Source: Cyanobacteriota bacterium
GTDB taxonomy: Bacteria; Cyanobacteriota; Cyanobacteriia; Cyanobacteriales; Nostocaceae
Direction: 5' to 3'
Length of the DNA: 64,000 bases
Assembly: GCA_046045965.1 (NCBI GenBank)
Contig: JBJOKS010000022.1
Span: 49,224-113,223, forward strand
Shown here: piece after piece, positions 60,108-64,000 of the stretch
Layout: the number at the start of each line of letters is the position of its first letter
How positions within the stretch are numbered: position 1 is the stretch's first letter
Made by a program: the position numbers and the translations under genes
Notes under the pieces: model-generated
Told to the model about the DNA's origin: nothing
The model's database searches: none
The model's input: the letters and a program-made list of their open reading frames with translations, nothing else

Positions 60108-61471
60108 AATTTCATTAATTCCTGTTGGATATTGTTAATGTTTAATATTTGCAAAGTTGCTAATTCATAATTCATTAATTCAGTTTTATTAAAATCATTA
60201 GGGTTATGAGTGAGGATTAAAACTAATGTATGTATACCCATATTATTCAGATATTCTACTAATTGTTTTCTCTGTTCATCCCAAGAAATAAATATGCAGA
60301 TACAACCACTTAATAAAGAAATCTTTTCTAAGACAACTGGGATAATAGAATCAAAATCTTTATGTTGACAAGCAACTACAGAAGCAAGAATTTCTAACAT
60401 TTTTTCAGTATGACTTAGTCCTCTACCAAAGGTAAAACAATAAGCTTCATTTCCCACAAACATCAAGTCTAATAAAGATTCTTGGGTTTGTATGTCAGAA
60501 GCTAAAGAAGCTGCTATTGATACTGCTGTTTCTAAAGTTTGACTATATTTTTCAGGTTGAAATGTATCTAAAATTAAAGCGTGACGGACAAAAAACTCAT
60601 CTTGTTCTTCTTTGACGATGGGTTTACCAATTTTTGCCCAACTTTTCCAGTGAATTTTGCGGATAGAGTCCCCAGGACGATATTCTCTTAAAGAGCGAAA
60701 TTCCTCTGCATCTCCCACAGAAGAAGCTAATGCGACACCACCAGATTGATATTTTCTTAAACCAGGTAATTGAATTGGTGGAAGTTGATATAATTGAGGT
60801 AGAATTAATAAACTTTGGGATAATGAAATAGTTTGACAAGCATGAAAAAGACCAAAGGGATCTGGTCTTGCTATGGTTATACTTAAAAGTCGCATGACAC
60901 CTCTATGTATGGGTGTTATTTCTCCAGTAATTTCTGTTTTACTATGAGGTTTTAGAGGAGGTAATTCTATTGTTTTTGCGGTTCCGCACTGTTTGCGAGA
61001 AACTAACCATAACCACCGATAAGACCCTAATTTGATATCTAGAGGACTGCGTTTATTTTCTTCTGGTTCTGGTGTTTCTAGGAACTCTTTAAAAGTGGGA
61101 CGAGGGTCTGCGAAGTTTTCAAATAATTTAAGGTTGGTTTGTGTTTTATCGCTTTTATTATGAATAATAATTCTGTATTTTAATTTTACTCCCACGGTTG
61201 CAAATCTTGGTAGGGTGCGAGTTGCACTGAAGCGGGAACGAAACAATAGACTAGAAACAACAGAAATGATCAGCAGAGATACTAAGAATGTAAATATTTG
61301 ATAGGTCATGTTTTGGGTGGTATCTAAACCCAAAGCTGCTGCAAAAATTAAGCTTAAAATTACTGCAAAACCACTCATAGTTACTCGTTTGTTGAGTTTG
61401 TGTTGCAGTGCGGAAGTAAAATGATAAATTTGATAGATGAATTTTTGCATTTCATTTTGATATGTTGGCAA
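60104..61471 (-). CDS. DUF58 domain protein
   Basis: DPFGL, EFRSLREYRPGDSIRKIHWKSWAK. Confidence 0.9.
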   Translation of the reverse strand: MPTYQNEMQKFIYQIYHFTSALQHKLNKRVTMSGFAVILSLIFAAALGLDTTQNMTYQIFTFLVSLLIISVVSSLLFRSRFSATRTLPRFATVGVKLKYRIIIHNKSDKTQTNLKLFENFADPRPTFKEFLETPEPEENKRSPLDIKLGSYRWLWLVSRKQCGTAKTIELPPLKPHSKTEITGEITPIHRGVMRLLSITIARPDPFGLFHACQTISLSQSLLILPQLYQLPPIQLPGLRKYQSGGVALASSVGDAEEFRSLREYRPGDSIRKIHWKSWAKIGKPIVKEEQDEFFVRHALILDTFQPEKYSQTLETAVSIAASLASDIQTQESLLDLMFVGNEAYCFTFGRGLSHTEKMLEILASVVACQHKDFDSIIPVVLEKISLLSGCICIFISWDEQRKQLVEYLNNMGIHTLVLILTHNPNDFNKTELMNYELATLQILNINNIQQELMKL

Positions 61472-61478
61472 TTAAATG

Positions 61479-61895
61479 TTATAATCTTAATAATAAATCC
61501 CGATATTTAACGATTTGAGTACATTCAAATTTTCCAATTACCAATAAATCTTGATCTCCTGTTACTAAAAAATCAGCATTACTATCTTTTGCTAGTGCTA
61601 GAAGGTAATTATCTTTAGCATCTCGACAAAGAGACACTTGAGATGTGATATTTATAAATATTCCAATAGTTCGCAAAAGTTGAATTAACTCATCTACTTT
61701 GTGAGATGGAAAATACTTTTGTAATTTGGGACGCTGAGTAACAAGCTTTATTTCTTCTAATATTTGTTCAGAAATGACTACTTTAACCTTTTCATCAACT
61801 AACAGATTTTTTAGTTCTGCTAATTCTCTACCAATTAAAAAACTAATCCAAAGATTAGTATCAATAATTATCTTAATTTCTTTTTTCTCTATCAT
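61479..61895 (-). CDS. PIN-domain toxin (putative TA toxin)
   Basis: IIIDTNLWIS, CRDAKDNYLL, LVTGDQDLL. Confidence 0.88.
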   Translation of the reverse strand: MIEKKEIKIIIDTNLWISFLIGRELAELKNLLVDEKVKVVISEQILEEIKLVTQRPKLQKYFPSHKVDELIQLLRTIGIFINITSQVSLCRDAKDNYLLALAKDSNADFLVTGDQDLLVIGKFECTQIVKYRDLLLRL

Positions 61896-62109
61896 AAATT
61901 TCCGAACGCACGCTTTCAACTGCTTCTGTAATTTCTTCTAGGGATAATTCATCGGTTTGAAATATCTCTAATAATTCTGTTAATTTGTGGTTCAAAGTTT
62001 CTTTTTCTAATTCCTTGCTGAGTAACAATTTTTCCGAATCAGAAAGCTGTTTAACTAAGGTGAGAATTTGCTCAAATGTTAAGGGTAATTGATAGGTATT
62101 TTGTAACAT
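61873..62109 (-). CDS. Putative cognate antitoxin
   Basis: 78-aa acidic ORF overlapping the PIN gene start. Confidence 0.75.
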   Translation of the reverse strand: MLQNTYQLPLTFEQILTLVKQLSDSEKLLLSKELEKETLNHKLTELLEIFQTDELSLEEITEAVESVRSEIYDREKRN

Positions 62110-62173
62110 AAAATCAAAGATTCTCCTTTATTGATAAATACATTTTACACACCCAAATCTTTTTTTGATGATA

Positions 62174-63136
62174 TCAACTAGGAACAGGAACAGATTTAAT
62201 AATATCTTCTACCACACCCGCTGCGGTTTTTCCTGAGAAACGCGCTTGGGGTTCCATAACTAAACGATGGGAAATAACTGATACTGCAAGTTCTTGAATG
62301 TGTTCTGGTGTGACAAATTCATAACCATCAAATAAAGCTAATGCTTGAGCGATTTTCATTAAAGTAATAGATGCTCTAGGACTTGCTCCTAATTGTACAC
62401 CTTCTGCTGTACGAGTAGCGTTAACAATATCAACCAGATAACGTTTTAATTCGGTACTGATTCTAATTTGTTTAACTTGCTGTTTTAAACTTAAAATATC
62501 TTCTAAATCAACGCATGGTTGAATAGTATCAATAGGATGTTGTTGAATTTGATCTGAGAGTAGGTTAACTTCTTCTTCTGGTGAGATATATCCTAAACTA
62601 AACTGAATTGCAAACCGATCCATTTGCGCTTCTGGTAAGGGATAAGTTCCACGAGATTCGACGGGGTTTTGTGTAGCAATAACAAAAAATGGATCTTTGA
62701 GTTTTCGCAAATTACCATCAACTGTAACTTGAAATTCTGCCATTGCTTCTAATAGTGCTGACTGGGTGCGGGGTGAAGCGCGGTTGATTTCGTCAGCTAA
62801 AACAATGTGAGCAAAAATTGGACCTTCATGGAAATTAAAGGTTTGTGCGTTGGGGTTTAAAATGGATACGCCTAAGATATCTGATGGTAATAAATCAGGG
62901 GTAAATTGAATGCGTTTAAAGCTAACATCCACAGAAAATGCTAAGGCTTTGGCTAAAGTTGTTTTACCTGTTCCGGGGTAATCTTCTAGTAAAATGTGTC
63001 CACCACTAGCAAAGGCAGCTAATAATTTTCTAATGGCTGAAGATTGCCCTTTCATGACTTTTTGAATGTTGTCAGAAATTTTTTGATAAATTTCTCTACC
63101 GGATAGACTATCAGTGTCTGATGTGGGATTGTACAT
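62174..63136 (-). CDS. MoxR family AAA+ ATPase
   Basis: PGTGKT, RIQFTPDLLPSD, DEINRA, ATQNP, PEAQMDRF. Confidence 0.95.
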   Translation of the reverse strand: MYNPTSDTDSLSGREIYQKISDNIQKVMKGQSSAIRKLLAAFASGGHILLEDYPGTGKTTLAKALAFSVDVSFKRIQFTPDLLPSDILGVSILNPNAQTFNFHEGPIFAHIVLADEINRASPRTQSALLEAMAEFQVTVDGNLRKLKDPFFVIATQNPVESRGTYPLPEAQMDRFAIQFSLGYISPEEEVNLLSDQIQQHPIDTIQPCVDLEDILSLKQQVKQIRISTELKRYLVDIVNATRTAEGVQLGASPRASITLMKIAQALALFDGYEFVTPEHIQELAVSVISHRLVMEPQARFSGKTAAGVVEDIIKSVPVPS

Positions 63137-63166
63137 TTTGGTTATTGATGAATCCTAATTACAGAA

Positions 63167-63745
63167 TTAGGGAATCAGTTCTAATTGCCATTCTTTGGTT
63201 TGAGAATTCCATTTTGGTGAGGAGGTTTCCCCAACAACATAGGGACCCCAATAGCGTCGAGAACCATCTTGGGCAAAAGCCACTAAAATATCTCCTTTAT
63301 CTAGTTTTAGATTACCCTCTGGCAAGGATAAAATTAAACCTTTTTGACTACCTTCTTGGGGATCAAAATCCCAATGAGCTGGAAGATGAGCTTGAGTTTT
63401 GCTGGCTGCGGAGTTTTTGACTGCTGACTGTCGCGCTAATAGGGCTAAACGTACAGGTTGATATGTTTGATTGCTCATTCGCAAAGTTCCTGCGCTTTTG
63501 CTCAAAGCAGGTGAATTTTTTGTAGTGGGTTTTGCTGCACTAGCAGATATTACTGCTTCTGATGCAGTTGGTGGGGCTGTTTTTTCTTCTAATGTGGGGG
63601 TTCGCTCCGCAAGTGTTGATAAAACGTCTGACTGAGCAGGATCAAAGGATACGCTTAGTCCTAAGCATCCGGCTATCAGTCCTGGTAGTCCCAATGCACA
63701 AGTTATAACTGCCAAGTTACGATACATGGAAGATTTCATAATCAT
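63167..63745 (-). CDS. Hypothetical exported protein / possible lipoprotein
   Basis: IAGC lipobox-like motif; HWDF.P.EG, AFAQDGSRRYWGPY. Confidence 0.75.
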   Translation of the reverse strand: MIMKSSMYRNLAVITCALGLPGLIAGCLGLSVSFDPAQSDVLSTLAERTPTLEEKTAPPTASEAVISASAAKPTTKNSPALSKSAGTLRMSNQTYQPVRLALLARQSAVKNSAASKTQAHLPAHWDFDPQEGSQKGLILSLPEGNLKLDKGDILVAFAQDGSRRYWGPYVVGETSSPKWNSQTKEWQLELIP

Positions 63746-63824
63746 ACTTTTTAGAGATAAAATTTTTTTAGTTATCCGTGGTGATTAGGAAAGTTGGGAA
63801 CAGGGAATAGGTAAAGAGTTTTTA

Positions 63825-63925
63825 CCCCAGTCCCCAGTCCCCAGTCCCCAGTCCCCAGTCCCCAGTCCCCAGTCCCCAGTCCCCAGTCCCCAGTCCCCAG
63901 TCCCCAGTCCCCAGTCCCCAGTCCC
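63825..63925. repeat. STRR (CCCCAGT) x about 14
   Basis: Tandem heptamers typical of Nostocales. Confidence 0.96.
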
Positions 63926-63929
63926 GTTC

Positions 63930-64000
63930 ATGCAAAATACTCGTCTTAATAACTTATTCGATACCATTGCTAGAAGTTTGGAGCAATGGTTTATCAATCC
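63930..64000 (+). CDS. Ycf20/DUF565 family protein, 3'-partial
   Basis: ATG 63930 gives [24 protein letters not shown], matching the family N-terminus; runs off the window. Confidence 0.65.
   Translation, partial: MQNTRLNNLFDTIARSLEQWFIN

Noticed and set aside
63785..63997. Minus-strand ORF with (GTGDWGL)n
   Set aside because: STRR translation, antisense to the partial Ycf20-like gene
56504..64000. Absence of HIP1 as proof of horizontal transfer
   Set aside because: Similar multi-kb HIP1 gaps occur over core genes (hemL, kaiABC), so it is only weak support

Overview
64 kb of AT-rich chromosome from a heterocyst-forming cyanobacterium (Nostocales, Anabaena/Dolichospermum-like). This is inferred from dense HIP1 (GCGATCGC) sites, heptamer STRR arrays, hgdD next to kaiABC with the short Nostocales KaiA, and ndhQ. 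Core genes include cobG-H-I-J behind a cobalamin riboswitch, hemL, hisIE, ndhQ, smtA, kaiABC, hgdD, an iron-uptake-type porin and a DhaM-HPr-EI fusion. Accessory modules are interspersed. (1) An operon of a DUF5132/HMA2-associated membrane protein, an HMA2-capped P2-type ATPase and a MetK paralog that keeps the ATP/triphosphate residues but appears to have replaced its methionine-binding residues; this is the best candidate for an undescribed system. (2) An ArsR-led second pstSCAB operon. (3) An ORF missed by the track (43003-43212, no canonical start) coupled to an immunity-like gene, resembling a stand-alone polymorphic toxin tip and immunity pair. (4) Two unrelated secreted proteins sharing a VPFDxPGG C-terminal sorting tail. 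(5) A MoxR-DUF58-transglutaminase operon split by a PIN toxin-antitoxin pair. There are also several MITE-like elements and a mirrored 42-bp repeat mosaic. No rRNA, tRNA, CRISPR array or intact transposase was seen. All family assignments are by eye, with no database search.
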